64,000 nt of DNA, taken from an uncultured virus (IMG/VR IMGVR_UViG_3300000233_000006) (taxonomy: Duplodnaviria > Heunggongvirae > Uroviricota > Caudoviricetes). A model generated the notes under the pieces. That model saw only the letters and a list, made by a program, of their open reading frames with translations, made no database searches and was not told where the DNA came from. Shown here in pieces: positions 31,754 to 39,962 of the stretch. The first letter of the stretch is position 1, and the number at the start of each line of letters is the position of its first letter. The translations under genes were made by a program, and so were the position numbers. Location of the stretch: IMG/VR virus record IMGVR_UViG_3300000233_000006, positions 1-64,000 of that record; one strand, given 5' to 3'.

Positions 31754-33282
31754 GTAAGTCTCCTAGTAGCGAGTTGAAGTATGAGATTCGCCAAAATTTG
31801 GCGAATGTTTTTATGGATAAGTAACGATCGAGTATGGCAAGATTTGCCGTATAACGAACGAAGCATGTCCATGGGTACAGTAGCCTCCCATTGCACTTTA
31901 ATTAAATCGTCAGTGAGTCTGTCGATCGACATAAGTGCCTGGTTGACAGGTTTGAAATCAGCCGTACGGTTACTTATCCTTCGTGTCAAATAAAGACGAT
32001 CAAGTTCTTTGACCGTTTCAGCATCCACTGGGAATTTCGTTTCAAGTTCGTAGAGACTAATTTCGGTTCGATTACGATCAAGTCGTGCGGTAGATAAGAC
32101 CGCGAGTTCGCGATGTCCGTACGACCATAAAACCGTCTGAACAACCGCCATCAACTCAATAAGTTTTTCTTTGTTGATGTATGAAACCGAACGCGGCGAA
32201 ATCACGCTTTTTAAAACCCACTGGAGGAGGATGATTTGCGGATCAAGAATGCGTTCAAATGCAAGAACCTGAGTCTGTTCAAGCGCCATGTCAAGCATAG
32301 CGAGATTGATATCAGGCTTAAGCCTTTGTGCTACAGCACGTATATCGCGAACCGAATGTTCGATACCCGCAATATCACCGATCGCGACCGTTTGTTTAAT
32401 ACGGTAACGTTCAAGCATAGAAACGTGTCCGCTAAATCCTTCTTCGGTTTCAACGGTTCGTTTGATGTCATGAGGTACTGAAGGATCTTCAAGCGGTTTA
32501 TCACGCTGCTTAATGAACTTGTAAATAAGCGTAAGAAGGTGCGTCTGATTGTTTTCGAACACAGGACGCACGAGTGAGAGTTTTCTAACCAGCGTAACTG
32601 CCGTGATGAATTCTGGATAGTCTTCAGATGAAATACCGTTAAGTATGACCGACAGCATGTTGTCCGAATCAATCGTTTCTTTAACGTACGCCATCATTTT
32701 AATGAATGCGTCAGATTCGATAAAGAGACTGTTGTTCAGGATTTGATATGCCATGTACTCCTTCTGATTTTTATTCACCGCATTACGCGTGCGATTCATA
32801 AAGTCACCCCATATCGGAACCATAGCTTTAATGGCTACAGTAAGAACGATCAGTTCGACATAATCTTCGTGAAGGTATGTTTTACTTAATGTCGTTTTAC
32901 GATCATGGTCAATGACAAATTCTCGCTTGAAAGAATCAGGTATGGTTATTGAAGAATTAAACCTTACCCAATGCTTAATGGTGTCGAGTGGCAAAAGGTA
33001 GGCAAGCTCTCGCGCGATTTCGTTTAAATCACTTATGAGACTTGCGCTGGTGTAGAGGCCGTCAAGCTCCCTTTTAAATCTTAAATAACATTCGAAGATT
33101 TTATCCTGATGTGCCATCGGCAAAGTTTCGACGAATTCATTGAATTCATGAAACATGTTCTCATCTTCGACGGTCCTCCGACCATAGATCGTGAGTGACC
33201 ACGTGATGATTTCGCCACGATGTTCAACACAGGCTTCGATAGCCTTATGTGTTTCTTTAAGATTAAGTACGCTTATTTTCAT
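31750..33282 (-). CDS. nvRNAP promoter-specificity (sigma-like) subunit (phiKZ gp68-like)
   Basis: 510 aa; TYL..DY..L, MVPIWG.F, KE..A and S.LERY..K motifs; synteny. Confidence 0.8.
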   Translation of the reverse strand: MKISVLNLKETHKAIEACVEHRGEIITWSLTIYGRRTVEDENMFHEFNEFVETLPMAHQDKIFECYLRFKRELDGLYTSASLISDLNEIARELAYLLPLDTIKHWVRFNSSITIPDSFKREFVIDHDRKTTLSKTYLHEDYVELIVLTVAIKAMVPIWGDFMNRTRNAVNKNQKEYMAYQILNNSLFIESDAFIKMMAYVKETIDSDNMLSVILNGISSEDYPEFITAVTLVRKLSLVRPVFENNQTHLLTLIYKFIKQRDKPLEDPSVPHDIKRTVETEEGFSGHVSMLERYRIKQTVAIGDIAGIEHSVRDIRAVAQRLKPDINLAMLDMALEQTQVLAFERILDPQIILLQWVLKSVISPRSVSYINKEKLIELMAVVQTVLWSYGHRELAVLSTARLDRNRTEISLYELETKFPVDAETVKELDRLYLTRRISNRTADFKPVNQALMSIDRLTDDLIKVQWEATVPMDMLRSLYGKSCHTRSLLIHKNIRQILANLILQLATRRLT

Positions 33283-33323
33283 AAAACACCTCTATTTGAA
33301 AAAAAGATGACACTGTCATTTAA

Positions 33324-33331
33324 GTAATATA
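33324..33331 (-). promoter_or_regulatory. early promoter TATATTAC for gp68-gp70
   Basis: GTAATATA 42 bp upstream of the ATG. Confidence 0.7.
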
Positions 33332-33367
33332 GTCTTGAAGAAAACTGTATGTTGGTACAAATAAATA

Positions 33368-33402
33368 AAACGATACCCGCTCGCTTTCGCCGGGTATCGT
33401 TT
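33368..33402 (-). terminator. terminator hairpin
   Basis: aaacgatacccg...cgggtatcgttt. Confidence 0.7.
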
Positions 33403-33414
33403 AAGTTGTATTAA

Positions 33415-34233
33415 TTAAAAGCTAATGTCATCTTCTCCAAACGAATCATTTTGAGTGTCTCGTTGCTGCTGTTGTGGTTTCTGATAATTATTCTTGTAGC
33501 CGCCACCTTGACTTCCCTGGCTCTTGTAGCCACCACCTTGATTATTGCGGTATCCACCGCCCTGATTATTGCGGTAACCACCGCCCTGATTATTGCGGTA
33601 ACCGCCACCTTGATTGCTCTGGCCTTTCGCATCACGCTCAGCCTTTTTTTCAGCAGTGAAATCGTGAAACTCATCAACAAGAATGGTGGGAATGAGGCTC
33701 AGTAAAAGCTTGGCATAACTGAGAGCCGCAATCCTTGATGACTGTGCTGCGGTCATAGGCTTATTATCCGACGATAAGAAGTCATGGAATTCAGAGATGA
33801 TGAAAGGAAAACGAATCGTTGACTTATTTCGTTCAAGGATCGTGATACCGGTAATGCCCGCTTCATCCTTATCAACCAGGATCTTAGATGCGACTTCGAG
33901 TTCAGGAGGACGGGCTTCACTGTCACGTACGGGACGACGGCAAATCACAGTGACTTTTTCACCAGGTTCTCCGTTAGCGATTTCGATGAGCTTGTCTAAA
34001 AGCGCCTGCGTTGTAACGGCGTCCATTGCCGCAAAGATACGACCGTATTTGTCTTCTTCGCTAAAGTCAGAAGGGTCTCCGGTAAACACCGTGAAACGAG
34101 GGTTATTTTTGTTGATAGAAAAGAGAAGGCGCGCATTGCCGCCCACGTTGTTTTTTGCACGCAAGGATAATTTTTCGTTATCAAGCGCGTTCTTTTTGTA
34201 TACGACTTGAGTAACTTGAGCAGTTTCTGACAT
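33415..34233 (-). CDS. chmC: nucleus-associated RNA-binding protein ChmC (phiKZ gp67-like)
   Basis: KNALD..KL.L and NNPRFTVFT motifs; G/N/Q/Y-rich tail and acidic DDISF end; immediately upstream of the gp68-like gene. Confidence 0.65.
   Translation of the reverse strand: MSETAQVTQVVYKKNALDNEKLSLRAKNNVGGNARLLFSINKNNPRFTVFTGDPSDFSEEDKYGRIFAAMDAVTTQALLDKLIEIANGEPGEKVTVICRRPVRDSEARPPELEVASKILVDKDEAGITGITILERNKSTIRFPFIISEFHDFLSSDNKPMTAAQSSRIAALSYAKLLLSLIPTILVDEFHDFTAEKKAERDAKGQSNQGGGYRNNQGGGYRNNQGGGYRNNQGGGYKSQGSQGGGYKNNYQKPQQQQRDTQNDSFGEDDISF
33495..33615. repeat. 24-bp coding tandem repeat (NNQGGGYR) x4 plus a degenerate copy
   Basis: ccaccgccctgattattgcggta-like units. Confidence 0.9.
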
Positions 34234-34298
34234 AATAACAACCTCAAAATAAAAACTATGATTAGAGAAAGGGACTATAAGATAGTCATGTTTGGTTT

Positions 34299-35162
34299 TT
34301 AAATACTTGCATAAACCTGTTTAACAAGAAATCTTTCTTTAACGTAAAGGTCGAGATCTTGCCTAATTTTGTCCTCCGTTGTAAAGACCGTCCATCGACC
34401 CTTTTCAGCCGCGTCAAGAATGATATCCCGGTACGCACTGAGCATGGGAGAGAACATAACCATGTCACCAAATATCGCAAGAAGTTTTCGGGTAAAAGGC
34501 ATCGGCCTCATTTCCTTACCTTTGTAATACTTGGTATACCACAACTCTTTTTTCTTAATGACTCCTGTATGACTTTCGAGAAGTACAAGTTCTTTAAAAT
34601 GCTTTTCACCTAAAAGATCATAAGGAACGTGCGTTAGAATGATCGCATTCTTTTCCCTTATTTCTTTACCTAAAGGATGAGGATGTGCGTTATAGGTCAC
34701 TACATCGTCTTCTTTGTGTTCTTTCAAAAAGGTTTGAGCACAATAAAGTCTGACAGACTCTTCTTTAAGTTGTTTTTCAGTCTTCGGTATTCTGAGGTTA
34801 ACGTAACGGTTCGAAAACACTGAAGGTAAAACATATCTCGGTTTGTAAAACACGGGTTTGATATGATTAGATCCTTCATTGATTAAAATCGAACGTATCA
34901 TCTCAACTTCTTCAACAAGGGTGTTGAAAACTTTAGTTTGGTCGAGTTCTTTAAACCCGACATCATTAAGTGACCCGATGATATTTCTAATAAGCGTGTT
35001 AATGTTAATTTGAAATTCACCGTAATCACTCACGTCAAAATGAGTGACTGGTCGTTCTGGATCGTACGCTGTCTGACGTCCAGCAAAAAGACTTTCAAAG
35101 GCGATCGACGTACCTATTGATAAAGGGAACGCCGAGACAGTACGGTCAAAGTAAGTGCTCAT
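34299..35162 (-). CDS. phiKZ gp66-like core protein (possible nuclease-like fold)
   Basis: FPLSIGTS.AFE, N..TL.RN and LLESHTG..K..WYTK motifs. Confidence 0.7.
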   Translation of the reverse strand: MSTYFDRTVSAFPLSIGTSIAFESLFAGRQTAYDPERPVTHFDVSDYGEFQININTLIRNIIGSLNDVGFKELDQTKVFNTLVEEVEMIRSILINEGSNHIKPVFYKPRYVLPSVFSNRYVNLRIPKTEKQLKEESVRLYCAQTFLKEHKEDDVVTYNAHPHPLGKEIREKNAIILTHVPYDLLGEKHFKELVLLESHTGVIKKKELWYTKYYKGKEMRPMPFTRKLLAIFGDMVMFSPMLSAYRDIILDAAEKGRWTVFTTEDKIRQDLDLYVKERFLVKQVYASI

Positions 35163-35171
35163 GATTTTATC

Positions 35172-36311
35172 TCACAAAACGTCGTTTAAAATCCCCTCAT
35201 AGCGTAACGTTAAAGCGTCAATGTGGTTTGGGTCGCTTTTAATTCGTGTCATAAGGAGGTCATGTAGGTTATTCCTTGTAAGTAATATAGGCGCGTAATC
35301 TTGTTCAAACGTACGAATGAGATCGTCGTCGTTAATGTTCGTCTCTTTTTGATCAAGAACTTTTTTACTCCATATCACAGAAGGGTATTTTTTCTTGACT
35401 TCGTCAAAGTGATTTAGCGTTGGGTGATCTGACAATGCTTTAAGTCTAACGTAACTTCCAAACGGTAGTGTTGAGACAAGCTTGTCAATTTTTTTCATTG
35501 CTTTATTTGAGTCAAGCTCTGAAATATCGATTGTTTTAAATACCTTCGCGTTCTTATTTTCGATGAAAAAATATTCCATCTGACCGTCACGATAGATATG
35601 ACATTCCATCATTCCTTTAGCTTCTTCTTCGTTATGACTTAGACGATCCACTGAACCTTGAGCCAAGATACGTGAGAAGACCGATGATGTATGAATATGT
35701 CCTATCGAAATAAAATACTTGACGATATTAAGATAGTTTTCCTCATTATGTCGCGGTATTTTCTGTATGTGAGCAGGAAGCTGGTACCCGAACTGACCAT
35801 GCATGATCGCGATATCAACTTTACTTACATGTCGTGCCTTCAGTTCTGAAAGCACGTCTTCATACGTCTTGTCTGTCGACGGATCCCATTCGTCAGGAAC
35901 GTAGAGCACATGGATATCTAGGTCTTCCATGTGCTCTACGTGTACCGTCGTGATGTATTTGAAGTCGATTGGGAGTTGTGAAACTGAAATCGTTGTTTCA
36001 AATTGCTTGCATTGAAGCCAGTCGTGACTTGGCGTACCTTCAAGCACACGAAGTTTAGTCTGGTTTCTAGCACAGAAGTTAAGTAACCATGCCATAAAGA
36101 GAAGACTTTCAGTTGCTGTATCTGAAGGTAGTGTGATGAGACGATCAAAAAGATCACCTGCGATAAAAATAATGTCAAGTTTATTTTTTCTGTCATAAGA
36201 CTTGAGCATTTCTTTAATGTTACTTATAATGTCTAAAGCATCGTTTCTAGGATTACCTAAGTGAACGTCGCTAAAAACAAGATATTTAATGACGTCTTTA
36301 GTCATCGTCAA
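35172..36311 (-). CDS. sbcD: SbcD/Mre11-like metallophosphoesterase nuclease (phiKZ gp65-like)
   Basis: SDVHLG, AGDLFD, GTPSHD, MHG and GHIH motifs. Confidence 0.85.
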   Translation of the reverse strand: MTMTKDVIKYLVFSDVHLGNPRNDALDIISNIKEMLKSYDRKNKLDIIFIAGDLFDRLITLPSDTATESLLFMAWLLNFCARNQTKLRVLEGTPSHDWLQCKQFETTISVSQLPIDFKYITTVHVEHMEDLDIHVLYVPDEWDPSTDKTYEDVLSELKARHVSKVDIAIMHGQFGYQLPAHIQKIPRHNEENYLNIVKYFISIGHIHTSSVFSRILAQGSVDRLSHNEEEAKGMMECHIYRDGQMEYFFIENKNAKVFKTIDISELDSNKAMKKIDKLVSTLPFGSYVRLKALSDHPTLNHFDEVKKKYPSVIWSKKVLDQKETNINDDDLIRTFEQDYAPILLTRNNLHDLLMTRIKSDPNHIDALTLRYEGILNDVL

Positions 36312-36867
36312 ATTCCACGCCTGAGGCTTCGGGTTCTTTATTTATGACGCGACCTTCAACCTCGTCGGTATTTATACCGTAATAGCTAAAGATAACATCC
36401 CATTGACCGGCATAACGGTCGAGTCCTGTTTCGACTGACCGAATATGTTTTTCAAATTTTTTATCTAAGGCGTCATGGATCTTACCTTCGGCCAATGTAG
36501 GAAAGTCCTGAGCGGTGCGTTGATGCCTTTCCTGGATAACGGAATAATGTTCGCCGTCGCGCATCTTACTCATTTTTTTCGTCATGGAAGTACCGTATAT
36601 AGGCGGTACCGTGAAAAGAATGTTATTTTTTTCATCGACGATATCGACAGGAAGCTGCGCTGTTCCGGCGATCTGTATCCACTGATCCAAAAGCATAAGC
36701 CATTCTTCATTAGGATGTTGACTTAAGAAGAATGGTAAGAAAACTTCTTTAAAAATCGGTTCAGGAAGTTGGTTAGAGACCATTTTGGTATCGATGATAC
36801 CCTTTTTAATAACGATAAGGTCAGAACGAAGTTTTCTAAGAAGTGTGTCTGCAACGGGATTTGACAT
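36298..36867 (-). CDS. phiKZ gp64-like conserved protein
   Basis: LPE..F...FLPFF, W..IAG and LFTVPP motifs; synteny. Confidence 0.65.
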   Translation of the reverse strand: MSNPVADTLLRKLRSDLIVIKKGIIDTKMVSNQLPEPIFKEVFLPFFLSQHPNEEWLMLLDQWIQIAGTAQLPVDIVDEKNNILFTVPPIYGTSMTKKMSKMRDGEHYSVIQERHQRTAQDFPTLAEGKIHDALDKKFEKHIRSVETGLDRYAGQWDVIFSYYGINTDEVEGRVINKEPEASGVEFDDD

Positions 36868-36870
36868 TTT

Positions 36871-37287
36871 TTATATCTCGGTATCATTGTTTAGATCAGC
36901 GACCTTTTTAAGTACAGATCCTTCAGTCGTAAGGATTTTACCTAGGTTAATTGACCGGCCATAATTATCGATGCAGTTAACGTAAATCGAAAGTTCGACG
37001 AAAGAGGAGTCTTTTTCATTTCGATACCCTGTTTCAACCACAACTTTTTCAAAGTAACGTCTCAAGTAGGACGTGAGTACTGTCTTAATATTTTCTTGAA
37101 GTTCGACAGGTTTTTTCAGATAGGTTTCAAGGAGCCATGAAAAACTTTTGACGTTACCTATGTATAGGTACGTTTGCGTATAGTTAGAGAGCAAGAAATC
37201 AGAGAAGAGTTTGTCGAGTAAGGTGTTTGAGTCAGTGACCCAGCCTCCTTCATCAAGACTTCCGTACGTCGTTGAAATGCGCGTCAT
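36871..37287 (-). CDS. phiKZ gp62-like protein (possible gp25-like baseplate/sheath initiator)
   Basis: GWV..D.L.S.F..S.Y.Q pattern; synteny. Confidence 0.55.
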   Translation of the reverse strand: MTRISTTYGSLDEGGWVTDSNTLLDKLFSDFLLSNYTQTYLYIGNVKSFSWLLETYLKKPVELQENIKTVLTSYLRRYFEKVVVETGYRNEKDSSFVELSIYVNCIDNYGRSINLGKILTTEGSVLKKVADLNNDTEI

Positions 37288-37333
37288 AAATCACCAAAAA
37301 ATAATGAACCGCCGAAGCGGTTCAAAAAATCAT

Positions 37334-37939
37334 TTACTCAAATGCGTTTGTCGGGTCAATGTCCTGGCTCATGAAACATTCGATAACATCCCAAGTAGAT
37401 AGAATGTAGCGCTGTTCATCGTGCGTAAGTTCACGGTCATTGGAATAGAGTTCTTCGAAATAGAGTGAGGCTAAATGATCCCCCTCATCTACAACCACGC
37501 CGTTCATTACGCGGCGATAATCGTAATGGTCTTCTTTCGTCGTTTCCCCAAAGACATTAACATACGTATCGTTATAACCGTCAACCCTTTGATCCAAATA
37601 CGCTTGCCTTAGCGTGGGTTGTGCCATAACCCAACGCTGCATCATGACTGAAGCTAACTGAAGATCCTCCAACGTATCGATTGGTGCGATCCGATTAGTA
37701 TCCTCAAAGAAGCCTTTGACCGTTTGACCTAACCGTCGCACAAGATTATTCATTTCAGTAATATTAAACATATTACCGACAACCTCTCTTGATCGATCTA
37801 GGAATGCGCGACCCTGTTCATTCAACGTATTGTACACGTTTGAAAGTTGGGATTCGATGACCCCAACATTATTGTACGATTGTTGTGGGTAGAAGAGTGC
37901 GTCAAACGCTCTCGACCCACCTTCAACAACAATAGCCAT
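37334..37939 (-). CDS. phiKZ gp59-like core protein (Imp3-like import cofactor)
   Basis: MQRWVMAQP, DYRRVMNG and terminal DPT motifs; synteny. Confidence 0.6.
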   Translation of the reverse strand: MAIVVEGGSRAFDALFYPQQSYNNVGVIESQLSNVYNTLNEQGRAFLDRSREVVGNMFNITEMNNLVRRLGQTVKGFFEDTNRIAPIDTLEDLQLASVMMQRWVMAQPTLRQAYLDQRVDGYNDTYVNVFGETTKEDHYDYRRVMNGVVVDEGDHLASLYFEELYSNDRELTHDEQRYILSTWDVIECFMSQDIDPTNAFE

Positions 37940-37940
37940 T

Positions 37941-38171
37941 TTAAACCTCCATTAATTTTATAAAACCTTCATCCATCGCACTTTCCTCGTTAACATACTG
38001 CATCCAGTTCGCGATATTCGAAATCACAGGACCTGGTATACTAATGTTTCTTGAAGTGGATAATACCTCTTGCCTTAGGGTAGTAAGACCGTTGCTAGGC
38101 GCAAGCGGACTCATGTAACGCTCCATGTCCTCATCAACCATTAACATCACGTTCATTTGATCGCCATCGAA
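37941..38171 (-). CDS. nvRNAP beta'-N subunit (phiKZ gp55-like), exon 2
   Basis: Begins FDGDQMN immediately after the intron-terminal G. Confidence 0.9.
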   Translation of the reverse strand, partial: FDGDQMNVMLMVDEDMERYMSPLAPSNGLTTLRQEVLSTSRNISIPGPVISNIANWMQYVNEESAMDEGFIKLMEV

Positions 38172-38597
38172 CTCGTTGTCCGGTTAGTTCGCAACGCTAA
38201 CCCGGTGTGCTTTGACNCCCGCCAACACTTTCATGTTGGGACAGACTATATCTTCATCCGGTAAATACCGGATGTCTCCCGCTTCGGCCCCACTTAGGGT
38301 CTACACCTTGCTAAAGGGTTAGTCGTTGGACGTTCTTCATATCTCGTCTCACGACGATACGTAGAAGCTTCGCTGCTGATTGCCTAATCTCTATAGTTTT
38401 CGAGCGTATCACGTTTATCCTTTCGGATTGCGTTGTAGCCTATAGAGCTCTCAAGGGTTTCCAGCAATTCAAGAGATTTCTAATAAGACATTACTGTCTT
38501 ATAGGACATGTAAAAACAAAACGAGTATTAAGTATATGGACACGCCTTTTAGTTGGAATCCATAACGTTAATTACGTCCTCGTTAGGAGCATTTACT
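38172..38597 (-). ncRNA. group I intron (426 nt, no ORF) splitting the catalytic NAD|FDGD motif
   Basis: P AATTGCTGGAAA, Q AATCAGCAGC, R GTCCAACGACTA, S AAGATATAGTC; P1 GAT|AGTAAA pairs with TTTAC-A-TGTC; splicing gives a 487-aa product. Confidence 0.93.
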
Positions 38598-39830
38598 ATC
38601 AGCGTTCGGGCCTTTGACCGTCAAGATCGATAACTGAAGTGTAAAGTCGAAGGGATTAGTTTTGACTTTAGTGATCCCTACCGCATAAAACGATGTAATG
38701 AGTAGTGAAGGGTTACGTTGAATGGTTGCAGGCAAACCGTACTCACCGCTCTCAAGAATGATTTCTTTAAAGAGGNTATCGATAAANGGATCGAATTCAT
38801 ACATCTTGGAGTATAGGTAACTGATGCAATCGTTGTAATTCATTCCAAGTTTCATCATTTTATTGATGAGATGGAATTTAAGAACAACTAATGCTGACTG
38901 CCAAGGAATATGAATTTCGTCATAACGGTGAGTATCCGTGATTGACGTAATTACTGCGCGTACGCAAAAGTGTGTACGTGTTGCCATAATGTGCTTTCTG
39001 AAAATACCTTCTTTTTGAGAAAGGATATTTGTGTAGAAAAGCTGGTAGTAGTGCGATAACTTATCCATGACCTTGGAGATGCGATTTTCTTTAACGCGCG
39101 TACTGTAGTCCTTTACTTTAGAATCAATCGAAAGTAAAAGTTCGACGGCGTCAATCGCTTCAGCTACGGTATTGTCGATATAGACTCCGACATTCGTCTT
39201 TTCAACGATCAGAAGCGTTTTGTTGGGTAGAGGTAAATAGTTCGAGAACGGACGAGTCTCCGGACTCATGACGAGTTCATAAAGGAAATCTCTTCGTCCT
39301 TTTGGGAGTTTATATCCCTGAAGATTGAAGACGACGTCCATAATGTATCTGAAGTTGGTAACGAAGAAATTATATCCTCGCTGAATGTTGTTTTCCTGAA
39401 GTACTGAGATCACCTTAGGAATTGTTTTGGTGGGCGTATACGTTGTATCCGTAAGCCATTGAATGATAGAAAAACCTTTCTTAGAGAAACGCTTTGTGAT
39501 CATCAGCCATAACGTTGGGTTGATTAAGCCTTCGATATCTACGGGCTTACGGAACCAGACGAGTGGTTTAATGTCTTCCTCGACATGACCGCGCACTTCG
39601 GTATTGCAAATGGTACAACGGAGTCCTATAGAAAACTCACCTTTCGTTTCGCCACATTCGCATGACGGGATAGAACTTACGATATCCGAACTAAAGCTAG
39701 AATAAATAATATTCTTGATATCTACTCCGATTTTACCATCTTCTTTATAAATATCATTAAGAATAATGGGTGGGGTTTTTAAGCCTGTGATTAACTCATC
39801 GAAGTTGATGAGTTCTTGATGGATTGCCAT
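38598..39830 (-). CDS. nvRNAP beta'-N subunit (phiKZ gp55-like), exon 1
   Basis: CECG..C.IC zinc finger, KEGIFRKH..TR, RAVITS, QRNPSL and GPNAD motifs. Confidence 0.9.
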
Positions 39831-39855
39831 AGTTCACCTCTTTTTACAACATAGA

Positions 39856-39886
39856 CACATAAGTAATATAGTCCTGTATTTTTTTA
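39856..39886 (-). promoter_or_regulatory. early promoter of the gp55-like gene (31 bp identical to the chmA promoter)
   Basis: cacataagtaatatagtcctgtattttttta, also present at 41868-41898. Confidence 0.8.
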
Positions 39887-39897
39887 ATATAAAAAAA

Positions 39898-39933
39898 ATA
39901 GACACACGCGCGTTATAACGCGCGTGTGTCTAT
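39898..39933 (-). terminator. chmA terminator; 36-bp perfect palindrome
   Basis: atagacacacgcgcgtta|taacgcgcgtgtgtctat plus A-run. Confidence 0.8.
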
Positions 39934-39962
39934 GATTTAAGTAGTTTAACTAAGCGGTTAAC

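Noticed and set aside
23885..38597. Homing endonuclease ORFs inside the introns
   Set aside because: The introns are only 411-433 nt with no ORF of 60 aa or more and no HNH, GIY-YIG or LAGLIDADG motif; the L1 inserts are short
23501..39830. Broken RNAP genes as pseudogenes or stop-codon reassignment
   Set aside because: Each break is explained by a group I intron whose removal restores conserved motifs; TAA, TAG and TGA all end normal genes elsewhere in the window
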